Below are positions 11,901 through 26,110 of a stretch of DNA of 64,000 nt, in pieces. The position numbers and the translations under genes were made by a program. Source of the DNA: Takakia lepidozioides (lineage: Eukaryota; Plantae; Bryophyta); the NCBI GenBank assembly GCA_030704615.1, contig CM060732.1:9114001-9178000 (forward strand), read 5' to 3'. Each line of letters begins with the position of its first letter. Position 1 is the stretch's first letter. The notes beneath the pieces were generated by a model. That model worked only from the letters and a program-made list of their open reading frames with translations, did no database searches and was not told where the DNA came from.

Positions 11901-14900
11901 TGTTGCACTTTCTGACTTTTTCAGTCAAGTTCCCAACCGTGGTGATAATAACGGACGTTGCAGAAAATGTGGGAGGAAGGGATGTGAGGCAGTGTGCGCT
12001 GGGAATGATCCAGCAGACCTTTCAAGGGGCAGGTGCTACTCAGGTAGTCTCACAATGCCTGAAATGAAAGCCTTCAATGATCTACTGGCTCAGTAGATCT
12101 GTGGTTTTGTCTTCATATTCCTGCTGGTCTTTGTCCTCACCCTGCTCATTAAAGTGATCTGCTGAACCATTGCTCTGGTTTGCAGATTGCCTTCAACCCC
12201 GTAACAATTAATGTCATCAAGAAGCTTCTCATCAGAGTTTCAGTAGCAGAGAAATGCCGGGTTCCTCCCGATTCTTTGTCAGCCATAGCTGAAAGCTGTG
12301 GAGGTGACATTCGCCATGCTCTCTCCTCTCTCCAGTTCCTATGCCTTGGATATTGCCCTAATCTCAATAATCCCACATGGGATCCAGGCGGTTTAGGGGT
12401 CTATAAACAGGGGAAGGCGAAGTTCAGGAAAGGTGTAGCTGTTCAGCAAATGTTTACAATGGAGGACGGATTTTCAAGGTCTGTGGAGGATTCAAGAGAG
12501 GAAGGAACCTCTGGACCAATTGCTGGTCGGGATGGCATCCTCTCTCTGTTCCATGCTCTTGGGAAATTCCTGCACAACAAACGGCACATGGACTGTGTTG
12601 CTGAACCAGGTATATAGAGAGAGGATGAGGCCCTTTTTCTCTTTCTCACACTCCTGTTCCGTCATACTTACATCCTTCCGTGTTTACAAATTTGGTTATT
12701 TGTTTCTAGGACCATAAGCCAGATCTTTAATGTCTGCATCAGCAGACACTGTGCTTCATTGCTTGGGTTCATTCTTTCTCGTATAAAATCCCCGCAAGAA
12801 ACACTCAGAAATGTTGTCCTGTTTGTTTGTCATGGAGTTCCTGAGTTCCAACTACAACCTTTGCATGACAAGGTCAAGGGACAATTGTGATGCTTGGAGA
12901 GGAGCACAGAAGGCATCCTCTGAATATGGATGAGCCCGAGATCATTCTCTCTCAAGCACATACAGAGCCTGCAACTGTTTTGGCCTTTCTTCACGAGAAT
13001 GGTAGGCTCTCAATTACTTGTCTGAGGTTCAAATTCATCATTGTTGTGTTCATCTTCAGAGCTTTTCCAAGTTATTACCCGACACCCGTTTTTATAATTT
13101 ATTTTTTAATGTAATGGAAACACCTGGGAGCGACAGCTCACAAATCAGGCCCCCTTAATAGTATAACCTCTTTCACAGTAACCCCGCCATGTGGCGTTGG
13201 AATGGGACACCACCCAGGAACATACCACACCCTTCAGTAGCAAGATTTGACCCCATAATCATCTGGGTGGCACTCAGTGCACTTCACCAACTGAGCTACT
13301 GACTGTTGGTATCTCATTCAACTATTACTAAACGTCGAATGAACAGTGGAACTTGCTTATCCAGCAAAATAGTTTACCCAGTCATGCAAATCGATGCTGA
13401 CTACAAAGCAGCAAGGATAGGATTTCTGACCCGAAGTTATATCTCTCTTTCCTAGTTACTCCCACATATGGTAACTGTCCACTTGGAGAGTTATTGTAGG
13501 ACAGTGACATGCATTTTGACATAGCTGAAGTGTTGACTACAAAAGCAACATCCAAAGTGGTTTGGTGAGTTCAGTTATATGTCCTGTGCAAAATCTTTGT
13601 GGAGAAGCTACAGAACTGGCGCGAAACACTTTTTGTGAAGCTGCTTGAGTGTGCAGTTCTGCTATTAAGAAATTGTGTGCGGCCTGCAGTGCTGCAATTT
13701 GTTGATGAGGATGCAAGTGATGATGTGGCAGCCATAGCTGGGTATCTGAGTGATACCGATTGTTTGCTTGGGTCTCGAGGCAGCTGGCGCGTGCGGACCT
13801 CCTTGTCTTTCTCTCTTTCAGATACAAATGACATGGACCCTTCCCACATTGCTGCTGCTGCAGCAGGGTCTGTAGCCTCGCGTGGGGTCTTGTTTGCAAA
13901 TTTGCACCCTGCTCCTCGCAGGTTCCTCTCTGTCTGTGTTTTTCCCGCCTCCTCTCTGACACACACCCACATGCACACATTAAAAAGGAATTTTATTACA
14001 TACAGATTTGAGGCCAAACTGCTGTTGTAGTGTTGAAGAACAAATGCAAATTTGACAGGATCATCAATGATTCTGTAGTGGTGGAAGAGATCCCTGTCCT
14101 CTCCCTACCGAATTTTTCCTAGGATTTTGGCGGCAACACCCAGAGTTGCAGCGTCGATGTTAGTGGTATCTGAGTTTTGCTGCTGCAGGGAGATTCACAT
14201 GGCAGTGAGAAGATCGTTGTTGCTCCTGGTCCTGACCAGCCTGAGATATGGGTCCACTACATGAGTTCACTTTTAACCCTGAGTAATCAACCTGGGGCTG
14301 CAGAGAATGAGCTGGGCCAGTCATCTGTATGGGTCACATACAGATAAATTAATCACATCTAGCCAGAGGAAGTCAGGATGATTGGAGGCACACTAGTGAC
14401 TTACAGGGATTAGCTATCCCCGACTTTCAAATAACCTAATTTCAAGGATATAGCATGAATCAAGTCTTTGTGTGCCATCCATGGTGTCCACTAATGATTA
14501 GGGCATGAATGTACAGGTGGCAATCAGTCCGACCACCAGCACTTTGGCAGGTTGAACGTCTCCTGCTGGAAAAGGTGATGAATACAAGCAAAGTGGATAT
14601 TTGGGCTCGGGTCTGGGCTTCAGGTCTGCAGAGCTCTTTTAAAAGCAATGGAAATGGGGCATCTTTTCCAGCCAGAGAGCAATTGTTTTCTTCCCAGCAG
14701 ATTCCTGTCCAGGCTTCTGTGCATGACAGGGTGATTCTGGAAGGCAGTATGATACCAAATAACCAGGGATGTGAAATTGGGGCTGAAACCTTGTCTGCAG
14801 ATACTCTATCCTCGAAGTCAGGAGGGACAGTTGCACACATATACAGGAGATCACACATGTCTTTCAGTATGAAAGAGCTGGACGGTTGTTTGGCAGCAGA

Positions 14901-14922
14901 AGATGAGATAGAAGATTGTTAG
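8995..14922 (+). CDS. RAD17: Cell-cycle checkpoint clamp loader RAD17. Approximate exons 8995-9141, ~9310-9390 (uncertain), 10182-10279, 10698-10748, 11179-11235, 11395-11497, 11688-12043, 12186-12609, ~12873-13001, 13690-13921, 14517-14922
   Basis: LWVEKHGPRTAADLAVHNKK, Walker A ITGPAGVGKT, EWKPPTPTLWQEH, Walker-B-like LMIEDLP, IAFNPVT, GGDIRHALSSLQF, GRDGILSLFHALGKFLHNKR, FLHENVLQF, RWQSVRPPALWQVE, acidic C-terminus EDEIEDC*. GT-AG introns. Confidence 0.92.
13089..13305 (-). mobile_element. tRNA-derived SINE in a RAD17 intron
   Basis: Minus strand: A box TAGCTCAGTTGG, degenerate B box GGGTCAAATC, about 140 bp non-tRNA body, A-rich tail ATTAAAAAATAAATTATAAAAA. Confidence 0.7.
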
Positions 14923-15172
14923 CCAGCTCTGCTCTTGAGAGTACAGTCTATTGACTGTGCTTGTGGAAGTACCTTTTTTCCAGTGAGCTTAATGCAAACT
15001 GGCAATGCCTAAAATTTCAGGTGCACACATGGCGCTCCCTGAATGTGGGTAGGGCTTGATTCTGTAAAGTCAATGAAATTGGGTCTTGCATGGAATACTC
15101 GGAATGTCTAGGGTTGATGTCTAGGGTTGCGGTTGCAAAGTGGCTTGGCCATTTGTGCAAGAGTCTTTGTAG

Positions 15173-15734
15173 GGTGGATATGCCTATTCCCCTGTAAATA
15201 GGATTGCTGTCAGCTAACAAAGTCTTTTGACATGGGACGACTTGGGTCATAAAGGCGTTTGCATCCTTATTCACTAGAAAAAAAATGATTTCTACGAATA
15301 AATTATAAATATCTTACGATTGGTGCCTATAAGCGTTCCTTGAGTGGGGTCATGACTCATAAGAGGGATGGAGGATGCCTAATCTGAAATTTGTCAATGC
15401 CAGGTTGCACATGTGACATCAACACAACCTATTAGTGAGTTAAAAGTGAGAAAGTGCAGACCTTGAATTACATGAAAGTCTGCCAATCGGAGAATTTCTA
15501 GTATGATGAAGGGTCCTTCCATAAGGCATGTCCTTCAGCAGTCAGGACTTGTAAACTTGCAGGTGAGCTATATATTTATTCCAGGACAGGACTTGTCATT
15601 TTAAGGCACCATCCAACATATACTACCAATACCACCTATTTCTATTATGATTATGGTGCCACATGCCACTTGGAACTTATATGCAGTAAAAACATAGGTG
15701 GGTTTTATAGGTAACGAGGATGGGCATATCCACC
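15173..15734. mobile_element. MITE-like element with about 17-bp TIRs
   Basis: GGTGGATATGCCTATTCC at 15173 and inverted GGATGGGCATATCCACC ending at 15734. A related left end recurs at 32072-32245. Confidence 0.7.
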
Positions 15735-16496
15735 TTAGCATGTTGTGCACTGTGTTTTGTGGTTAATATATTTGCATGATTTTTTATTTTTTATTTTTTT
15801 AAAGAGGAGAGTCCCTCGAAAATTTTTATTATTTGAGAGGTAAAAATAAACCCCCAAGACAGCCATGAAGCAGACACGCCACAAGCGGCGAGGGCGAACC
15901 CAGAGAGGCGAAAAGACCAGCCAAAGCTGAAAACCGTTGAAAACCTCAGAAGAGGCCACCGAGAAAGCCAATACTAATCACAAGTAGTAACTAAGATGGT
16001 TTGCTAAGCAGCAAGTGCAAATAGAGTACAGTGTTAGCCATTTTTGGGAGAAAATGGCGCCGAATTTCCAATTCCGACCAAATGTATTTCATTGTTGTAA
16101 CATACAATCTTGAATTCTAAGTATGTTTTTCTTCGTATGCATTTTTTTGCACTTTAATTCATTGTTGGTGTTTGGATGCATGTTTCCTAGCCCATTGGAT
16201 GAGGAGAAAGTGGCTATTGATGCTGCAATGTAGAGTTTCAAAATTCATATTTCGGATGGAGTGCATCGCTTTGCTAAGAACCGAGATTCGAAACACCTCC
16301 AAGATTACATCGCATACACTTATCAATTGGTCAAGCATACACATCAATTGGACCATCTCAAGCCACCTCAACTAGGAACCACGCACCTGAAGAAAGTAGT
16401 CTGGTTTGTGGACATTTTGGCTTCTCCCAAGGTAGGAAAGGTATTGTACTACGAGTGCAAGTGTTCTTACATTTAATCTTCTTCATGGATGAGTTT

Positions 16497-17011
16497 GTAT
16501 ACCCGTGTTGACTCGTATATAGGTGAAGGACTGGTATATATACTGGTATATGCAATGGTATTAGATACCAGACCAATCTGGTATCATTTGGGAGAATACT
16601 TGGTCATATATCAGACCAGGCTGGTATCAGTTTTTTCATACCAGCCACAATACCAGTACTCCCCCGCCGTCTTCCTCATTTACTTTGGTATGTGTACTAT
16701 ATTAATTTATGTGTACATTTGTCTACATACTTGTATTTACGTATGCTTATTTATATATATACATTTTATTCATTTCACTTCATACTTGCTATTTGATGAA
16801 CTTGTAATTCAAGATGGCTTTGGAATGATACCAGAGTTGCTATCTCATACCAGCTGGTATTGTGGTCATGCTACTCATACTCATACCAATATCTGGAGAA
16901 AAATACATCCACCATTATAAAGACCAGACTACCAGTTTTGTGATACGTGTCTAGTACCAAGACGAGACTGGTATGTGAAAAACTTGATACCAATCCAACA
17001 CTAGTGTATAC
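16497..17011. mobile_element. Degenerate hAT-like MITE
   Basis: Imperfect terminal inversion GTATAC..GTGTTG / CAACAC..GTATAC, with many internal CTGGTAT/ATACCAG subterminal motifs. Confidence 0.45.
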
Positions 17012-17239
17012 ATTATATGTGTTGGTCAGGCAATATCACATAGATATAGCTGGCACTCAAAACATTGCTACCAGCCAAATAGTTATTTGCAACACAGATA
17101 TCAGTTGTTCACATCAACCGCACAAAACACGGATATTAATCGCTTAAAATATAAAAACTAGTCTCCAAAAACATGGATATCAGCCGCATAACCGGTTTTG
17201 GGATGAGTTCTGCCGACGTATTAAGTGTTTATTGGCCTA

Positions 17240-17748
17240 GAGCATCTCCACGGTGAGCACGGCCCGTCAAATGTTATATACCCTGGTTACAGGGGCGGTA
17301 TTTTTAACAATGAGTGGTTGGCTGACACTCGGGTTGGGACGGTACAAGACCAGGGAGAAATAGCCCGCTAGATCACAATCTTGGTGCGTTGACCGAGGAC
17401 ATCATATCTCATTAACTCAGAAATAACTCACAAATCTAATGTGCCGTGGTTTGGCGGAGTTGGCGGAGTCATGGTATGATTGGCAAAAGTGCTGGGGCGG
17501 GAGGCAGATTTAAGGCGGGCCCGGCAGTAATTCTACCGGGCTAATTCTATTGGGCTGAGCCAACCGGACCCAGCAGAAATTCTACTGGGCCAATTCTATT
17601 GGGCTGAGCCAACCGGGCCCAGCAGTAATTCTACTGGGCTGATTCTATTGGGCTGAGCCAACCGTGGAAAAAATTGCGCTACTTTTTTGGACCCCGCACC
17701 GGTAGATTGCAATTTTTGGGCAAGTGCCTTGGCACCGTGGAGATGCTC
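17240..17748. mobile_element. PIF/Harbinger (Tourist-type) MITE containing 3 x 49-bp tandem repeats (17521-17664)
   Basis: TIR GAGCATCTCCACGGTG / CACCGTGGAGATGCTC, flanked by CTA and TAA. Internal unit CAGCAGTAATTCTACTGGGCTAATTCTATTGGGCTGAGCCAACCGG. Confidence 0.85.
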
Positions 17749-18510
17749 TAAGGACACTGGATATAACCCATAAGGTAGTGGTATCTAGAAGTGTGCATTT
17801 AAGCAATGTGAACTGCTTAAAGGGTGTAGTGTCACAAAAATTACATAAGCAGAATAGCAAATGAAGCAACAATCACTTGTGCAAAGCACATAATTTTTCA
17901 ATCACAGATGTATTATATATGAATTATCAAAGTCAAAGTACATATTATCCCGCTTCTGCTCAGTAGGTCCCTCCTATAATGCCATATATTCATCCCTCAT
18001 ATGTGCCTAAAGGTGCCCAAGTGCACAAGGTGTGCACCTACACCTTTTCCAAAGAATTACCAAAACCAGGCCCTGCGTGGGCCCAGAAGTACCTGCCTCC
18101 CAACACGGAATTGAGCGCATCTACCTATGGAAGGACCCATAGCTTTCCCTGCATGGATGACGACCTATGCAAAATCTGACCATACACGTACAAGTAGGAC
18201 CCCTACGTGTTGACCTACAACTCCTCAGACATGGCCAACTGAGAACCCAAAACTAGCCGACCCTGTGGATAGACTCAACGGCTCCTTCATTTCTCGTTCT
18301 CCCGTAAACTGAAGCATGATAAAAGTGTGCACCAATATAGCAATATATAATCCATGCATCCCATTTGCATTCATGCCTGACTGCTGTATTAACCGGCCAT
18401 TGTCCCGAAAGACCAGCCTCCACTTTCAAAAAGGAATGGGGAATTTGAAATGAGATCACTAGGTGGCTGTGTAGTTAGCTTCACTAATCCACCATTAATT
18501 AAGCCCCTCG

Positions 18511-19756
18511 TACAGTGGTGGCATTCAATGACCGGGGGGGGGGAGGAGGAGGCAATCTCAAGTTGGCAGTGGGGAAGCCAAGAGATCCTTGTTCTCCCCT
18601 CCTACACCTATCTTGGCGTTGAGTTTTCCTCCAACTGTAATTGGGAAGCACATATTCAAAGAGTGGTTCAATCTGGCAAACGCAAAGCGCTGGGTCTCAC
18701 TAAATTTTTCCACTACAGAGGGATCAACTCTGAAGTAAAAAAAACCATGCTTTGCCGCGTTATCAGGCCGGCCTTGGAATATGCATCTGCTGTATGGGTT
18801 GATAACTCCAACCAGGCTAAGTCTCTTGAATCCATCCAAGTCGGGGTGCTCAAGGAGTGCATGTCAGCATGCTCCAAAACAGCTAATGTGGCTGTTCGGA
18901 GTGGGTTTGGCATTCACCCCTTAAGCTCCCGACGCGATGAATTCAAAATCAGATGGTGGGGTCAGCTGCAACGTATGGCTAATACCAGATATCCTAAGTT
19001 AATCGACTCTATATCTTGGAAGCAGGACCGCCCTGTCAAACAGGCTAAATCCTAGCGGAAAAGGATAGAAGAGATTTTCAAGGATCTGAATCTTAGTCCA
19101 CTAGCCATGACCCTGCTGGATAAATCTGGCTTAGAAGCTGAAGTTTCCGAAGCCATATCTATTGCCAGGAAATTGTCTGAAGAAAATGAAGTTAGGCAAA
19201 AAACTTCCCTCAACCTGTTTCCAGTCTGTGACATGGGTGAGGCCATCATGGATGACCTCAAGGGTCTACCCACCCTCGGCACTAGACTGAAATTCAAACT
19301 CAGGGCGGGTAGCCTACCTTTGAACAACAAACAGTCGCAGAGAGGAAAGGGGGATTGTAAGTGCCCGTTGTGTGGGCAACCTGAAGACAATATTCACTTC
19401 CTGATTCATTGTCCTGGGTACTCTCACCAACAGGACACCCTCTTCCATTCCATCAAGGAAATTGTGCATGTGCCTCTGTTTAACAACTTTGAAAATCTTG
19501 AGGCTGAGCCAAAAGCCCAAGCCCTTTTGGGGTCTAGCTATTGGGCAAATCACACACATCAGATTGATGCTTGTGTGAAGGGATTTCTGGAGGATATATG
19601 GAAATCTCGGATCACTGTTTATTCCAAGGTAAATCATACTACCGGCGTCAGCCCCTGACAAAGGTAGTTTCTGTCTCTTTATGTTCCGTTCAAACTGGGG
19701 GCGGGGTCAATGGCCACAAGGCTACGGCAAACAATGTCTTATGAGTACAATCTCTC
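18511..19756 (+). mobile_element. 5'-truncated LINE copy (RT C-terminus plus CCHC zinc finger), one in-frame stop
   Basis: YTYLGVEF...KQAKS*...LRAGSLPL...CPLCGQPEDNIHFLIHCP. Ends TTATGAGTACAATCTCTC. Same family as 1360-3691. Confidence 0.9.
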
Positions 19757-19779
19757 CAAAGGAATCAAAGAAATGGGAA

Positions 19780-22700
19780 CTAGCATGTACCTCAGCAAGG
19801 AATCTCCCATGGGATATGAACACTGGATTCAGGCCCCCAAAATAGGTGAAGGAGCCTAGGGGCATTTGGTGAATCTCCAAAAGAAAGGGGACATCAAAAA
19901 CTGGTGAATGTGGACTTGGGCATGAAGCAATAAATTGGCTGAGAGCATCTAATCTGCAAATTGATGAGACTCAAAGGAGTGAAGAAGCAAGGCACATGAA
20001 AAGCTACTACGGTGAAGTGGTGCTGGTTTAATTGTCTACAAAGGCGAAGTGGGAGCAACTTGAGAAGGGAGACAAAGCTACGGGTCAAAACAAGAAGCAT
20101 GTGGGGAATGCTTACTGTGAGTGAAAGCCAGAAACTAGAGGAGAGAGCTTGCAGGTATCATGACAAGAAGCAAAGAGGAGCTAGGTTTGCAGGGCAGCAA
20201 GTTATGTGGTGCATTTGGTGGAGCACATGTCTTCCAAACCTGATGAGCAGCCTCACAAAAGGCAAAGGCTTAGAAGGACAACGCAAGGCAAACTTGATAG
20301 GGGACGAAGCCGTGAAGAAAAAGGAGGCGAAGCCTAAAAGATGGTGACATAACAACACATCAGTTTGCATGTGATGACCTGAGTAGTGAGATTGAAGGGG
20401 TGCATGAAGAAACAGAAAACCATGTATGGAAGCCTGGAATTTTGGCATGTGCAAGGTCTTTGTTGGCTGTGCAGCAAGAGAAGGGAGAGAATAAACCTGA
20501 GGTTGTGATGAAGATATGCTTGGAGGATATGGGCATAGCAGAGGTATGTTCTTGCAGCCAAGTGAAAGAGGTCAGTAAACACATCCACAGGACAGAATAA
20601 GTGTGAACTACAGTACTACTTATTGGTCTGGGCTATATGGCAGTATAAATGGGAGCTAATCTCTGTGCACTTCCTGGTTTACACTACTACTAAACCGCTG
20701 AAATGGGCAAAGCAAGGGAAGGCAGGAACCGCTACCATGCTGGAGCAGGAACAACACGAGGGCGAAGACCCATCACATGAAGAGCTGCCCTTCATTGGGG
20801 TTCTACGAAGAAGGGCTTCGGGAAGACTTGAACCACAGCTACAACAGGTGGTAAATGAGACTGAGCATGCTATGCCTGAGGAAACAGGGAGTAAAGGAAG
20901 AAGTTGGGAAGAGGAGAGGCACTTCCCGGAGAATGTGGATGAAAGCCGAAAAGGGGAGGCGAGCAGTGATGCTACTGGATGTGAGAAAAATGGAGATGGT
21001 TGCCTGGAGAATCATAGCAATGATTTGCAACAGCCCTCTGCAAACCATGACCCCGATACAGATGGTGACAGTTTGATCAGCCCTGAAAGTGTGAGCAAGG
21101 AAAACACTAAGAGTTTGGGAGTCACACATTGGTGTTGGAGCTACCTGGTTTGGTTGAACTTGCTGGTTGCAGCATGGGATGTGTGCATAAAGAAGGCTGC
21201 TGAAATTAAGCAACATGGAATGGGGATAAGAGAGGAAGGTGGACAGCAGTACTGAAGTTCATTTACAGCTTTAAGAGTAAACAACAGTGAGCTCACTAGG
21301 CATGAGCACTATGATGGGAGCAAGCTGAAAATAAAAGGTGCAGCAATTATGATGTGCGAAGGATGGGAATTATGGGGCAGCTGGATAAGAGCAGAATGAG
21401 TGATCAAGATGACACCACTCCGAGCAGGATCAAGAAGAAGAAACGACAAGACCAGCTCAGAAAGAGGGCAGCCAACCAAGCATGGAAAATTCTGCAGAAA
21501 GAAGGGAAGGTTGAGATTCAAGGAGCTGGATACATGAGCAGTGACTTGCCCTTCATTGGCATGGTACAAACAAGAGCTGCAGACAAGGGAAGTAAGCAGC
21601 GACAGCAAATAGGTGAAGGGAAGCACAGTGAAGAACCACCTGAGCAGCAAAGCAAGGAAGGGAGCTGGGAAGGTGAAAAATACTCCCTGAGCAGCAAGTA
21701 CAGTGTGAAAGAGAGTCAAGGGGGCAGTGATGAAGTCAGCAGCGAGGAGCTGGAAGTGGGGAGCTACACAATAGAGACAACCCAAGTCAGAACAGATGAT
21801 GTTACAGCCTGGAGAAGGGCAGAAGCAGTGGATGGAAGTCAGCAGCATATTACGGAAGGAAGTAAAGGCTGAACTTCACAAGGCTGAACGTATGAGCAGT
21901 CACTTGCCCTTTATTGGCATGGTGCAAACAAGGGCTGCAAATGAAGGAACTGAGCATCAGAAGCAGGTGGATGAAGGGGAGCACATCAAGGAGCCATCTG
22001 AGCAGCAAAACAAGGAAGAGTACTGCCTGGAAGGTGAGGATAGCACCTGGAAAGCCAAGGGTGATGGGAGAGTCTGCAGGTGCGAACTGCCCTTCGTGAA
22101 CATCAAACGGCCAGAGCAGCAAGGAGAAGGAAGTTGCTGGGCAAGGGTAAGAAGGTGCTTCCCTGGCATGGAGAAAAGCCCGTGGAAATGCCAAGATGAG
22201 GGCTGCACCAAGATGGGAGACAAGAAAGATGAACGAACGATCCTGCAGTTCAAGGAACAACAAGAGGGGAGGCTGAAGGAGAAAGTGGCAAGCAATGCTA
22301 CTTCATACATCTGCTTAGCCCTTCTGTTGATCAAGGTGGGAGGATGCTGCTTGTGGGAGATGGTTTACAGTGCATAAAGTCATATCAGCCACATGGTGAC
22401 AATTGTTTCAGCCATGGTACAAGCATTGGATGAGATGGAATCGAACCTCACAAGTACTCCATTTGATCCGGGAGGTCATGAAGTGCATGCAAAGAGGCAG
22501 CCTGGTTGGCACCCAAGAGAATCAAGGGTTTGGAATTATTCATGGCAGCCAAGCATGGGGAAAGGATACTTTGGTTGGATCCTTGCTACTCGAAGGCACT
22601 GCACAATAAAGAGGGCAATTGGCAGCATTCAGTTTGCAGCTCAATCAAACCTACAATGTACTGTGCTTGCAAGGCACATGACGAACATCATGCACCAATT

Positions 22701-23130
22701 CTGATTCTTCTTTCGGTTAGAGCTAGAATACCATGTCTAAGGCTGTTCAACAAGGCTGTGAACGCCACACTTTGGGGCAAGCAATGTACTGAACATGGAG
22801 CAATCTGCAACTAGGACTAGAAGGAGAATGTTGAGGTACTTTGGTGTGTCTGCTTCAGAAATCCTCTGTGAGGTCAGACCTGCAGGGTGGGCTCAAGAGG
22901 GGTAACTACATGAGCATGGCTGGACACGAAGAGGTAAATGATTCAGAGCACAAGGACCTGCAAATTTCTCTTTTATGGATAAGAAGAGGGTTGAAACACT
23001 CACACATTGCCAACCACCAAAGGTGGTTTTGCTGGTTTGCTGATCAACGTGGAGATGAGGACTGGACATGAAGACTTTGATGATGCTAATCAAGGCCTGG
23101 GACTCAGGTATTTTGAAAGGGGCGTTGTGC
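19780..23130 (+). mobile_element. Highly degenerate Ty3/gypsy-derived relic (gag-like remnant, repeated low-complexity ORF fragments)
   Basis: Fragments like VKEPRAF and LRASNL resemble the gag at 41048-42154. PFDPGG motif at about 22459. Purine-rich plus strand; internal duplication SS(D/H)LPFIGMVQTRAA at about 21535 and 21892. Boundaries approximate. Confidence 0.45.
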
Positions 23131-24417
23131 GCATATGCTAGAGAGGAAGTACATGATGTCAAACGGTTGTGACTAAAAATCTTGCCAAGGGATGATCCGA
23201 GACTTTTCATGACCAAGGGATTCAGGCCAGCTTGTGAAATGGATAGCCGGGACGCTGTCACCGAAAAAAGGGAGACATACCACATATGTAGTGTGAATCC
23301 ATGGTGAATTTTCTTTTCTGCCTTTGGTTTAAATTTTTGAACCACGGGCAAGTCAGTGAGGACATCTTTGTAAATGAAGCTGGAAGAACCACGGTTGGCC
23401 CATAGCAAGGAATTGTACGAGCTCCCTAGCAAACTCCTGCTTCAGAACGTACCTATCAGCAGTACAATCTGGCGACTGACTGGGTGACTGTCCTCCTGAA
23501 ATTTACTGAAAGAGAGAGAAGTCTCCGGCCGAAGCCAGGGAACAAAGAACCACTTGAAACTGTATGTTTGATCTGCCAGTCTATCACAAATTCCTCGTAC
23601 ATTGGCAAGAGTGTAAAAAACTCGAGTTAGAGAAGTGTGTCTGAATCTCCCCAGTCTCAAAACACACATACATGTCTGAATAGCAATGCCATCTGGAAAA
23701 TTCCATTCATTTTGTGTCAGATTACAGTGAAAAATGTGAAATCATAAATCGAATCGTGCACGTCGTGCGGCCAAAGTTGGCGAGAAGAAGAATCGGAACG
23801 ACAATATATCGGTCTTCTTGCAAATCTGCTGGAACATGAGCTTCATGGACTTCGCCATACCTGCTAAGCTCGGAGGCGCAGCTTTCTCTGTAGATCCAAA
23901 TGTAGGTAGGCACAGTCACCTTAATCGATGCGCAAACGGAGCCTTTTACAGTAGTTCGATATTCCAAAACGTGGTCCAGTTGACGATCATACCATCCTCA
24001 AGCTTCCACATGGCTAGAAAGCTGGCATGACTGATCGATCTCAGATTTACAACCGACATTCGCAGCTCCACCTAGGCATGCTCTCCTTCCAGAATGTGCA
24101 CCTCGCTGCTTAGGGTTCTCTCATTTGCACCATTTTGTCATCCTTGAAACAAATTGCCTTATTCATCCCCTTACAACTACTCTTCAGACCAATGGATGAT
24201 TCTTTGTTCGTCTCCTACATGTCAGTAGCGCGACCTCGTTATACAAGCAAGTACGAATGCCTTACTTGGAAAGAGCCTACAAGTTTCTTCACACAAGTTA
24301 AACAGCAGAAGATTTCTCTTCATGAACCCAGCTCATCTAAGTAAAGCTTGAGATCATCTGGCTAACAGCCCCTCGCGTCATGGACAGGAAGGCATCATGG
24401 AAGCTGAACTATCTCCC

Positions 24418-24640
24418 GAGCGTAGGTAGAACTCGAGAAGAATACCAATATGGTTCTATCGGGAATAATCATGTCTACAGATGATGTAGGGCATCAAGAG
24501 GACACAGTTGAAAGCTCATTAATATAGGAGATGGGTTTACAGAGCGTAGGTAGAACTCGAGAATAATCATGTCTACAGATGATGTAGGGCATCAAGAGGA
24601 CACAGTTGAAAGCTCATTAATATAGGACATGGGGTTACCC
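24418..24640. repeat. Tandem duplication of about 100-125 bp
   Basis: GAGCGTAGGTAGAACTCGAGAA...TAATCATGTCTACAGATGATGTAGGGCATCAAGAGGACACAGTTGAAAGCTCATTAATATAGGA occurs twice. Confidence 0.9.
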
Positions 24641-25146
24641 CAGGGAGGTGATTTGCAGTCGACTGAAGTGTCGGGAAAGAGAGAAGAGGATTAGCATGAA
24701 GGATCCTCGGAGGTTCCCTGCACAGAACCTTATTTGAATATGCCTGTGCTGAAAGCATGCTATAAGGGTTTCTGAACGCAACAGAGTGTGAAAGACTCCG
24801 CTGAGATATCGACATGTGCTAATAATCAGCTATTTATGATCGGTTTTATAAAGCGTTTCAATCTGACAGCAATTGGCAATTAACTTATTCCCCTCATAAA
24901 TAAAATATCGGGGCTTCATCCCCTTTATCAAAAAAAAGAAAAAAAAAGAAAAGAAAAACCAAGGGTGTTCTTCTTCCAATGCTGCACAGCATGTTCACAG
25001 CTAAGTTAGAACACCTGGACGAGACCCTGGTCTTCGGATCAGCGTCTGGGAAATAATTTCAGTTGAACCAGCCAGTAGCCGCTCATTCCCAGCAGCAATC
25101 GGCTAAGTGGGTTGGGCAGTCGGTTGCTGCCCCTTGGTGGTAACTA

Positions 25147-26110
25147 TACCCGGTCAATTTCCGAGATAATTTCTTTACAACCGGTAATATTCCTAATGAT
25201 TTATTTTGTGTTCAGCTATAAATCCGGCCCTTATAAATATCAACCGGTTGACAACACAAGTGTCAAATGCACAACAATAAGTAAATAATAATAATAATAA
25301 AATAATCACAACCAGTTTTAAGCAATTCAAACAAGTGAAGAACATTGTATCCTTATAGAAGTTGGACCTGTCAATGCCTTCAAACCACATGGAGGCCAAG
25401 AATTGAACCCGCGTGGACAGGTGAGCTATGATAGCAGGCAGCGAGTGCAAGCAGGCGTGGGGCTGGGGCTGCGAGAGCAACGTCCAGACTTAGTAGGGTT
25501 TGCCCGCGGGGCCGCCTTCTTTGAGTTCAATATTTTTTCACCTAAACGCCCTTCCTTGGATGTAACCCGGCCTGGCACGTTGGATTTCTGCCATGTGGTG
25601 GACTTCGACGGCCATTTCCATTTTTTGTAATATAAGAAGGGCCGGAATCCGTCCAGGCCTTGCCAACTAAGGCAGATTTCCTGTCTGTAATGAAATGGAA
25701 AGGCAAATATCCTTCCTAAAAGTAGGGCACCCCGTTGTTTTCCACTTCGGCCATTTTTTCCCTCGGATCCATTTCCTGAGGTTTCATATTTCATTCGGAA
25801 ATTCTGGAATTCAGTCGGCTAGCATGTAACTGGCTGCCGGTTCTCCCCCGGACTTTGCTTCGGATCTCTCTACAATATCCTGTCCAACTTTGTACCGATT
25901 GCAGATTAATGTCCTCAGACCTAGCAATGACAGGCAAGTTACAAGTCATCTATTACGGACGGAGCATGTCACTGTCAATTGCTCAGTTGATTAGATGCAG
26001 GTATAAATAAGCTTCGTGGGTTCCTTGCAGGTTACGTTATGGACGTATGGACCAATGTTGGTCGGTTATCAGGGACCCACCCGGTTAATTACAGGTTATT
26101 TGCCGGGTAA
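25147..26110. mobile_element. Possible old TIR element
   Basis: Imperfect inverted ends TACCCGGTCAATTTCC and GGTTATTTGCCGGGTA; no convincing coding content. Confidence 0.3.

Noticed and set aside
13089-13305. Functional tRNA gene
   Set aside because: B box is degenerate, there is no cloverleaf, and an unrelated body and A-rich tail follow; this fits a SINE.
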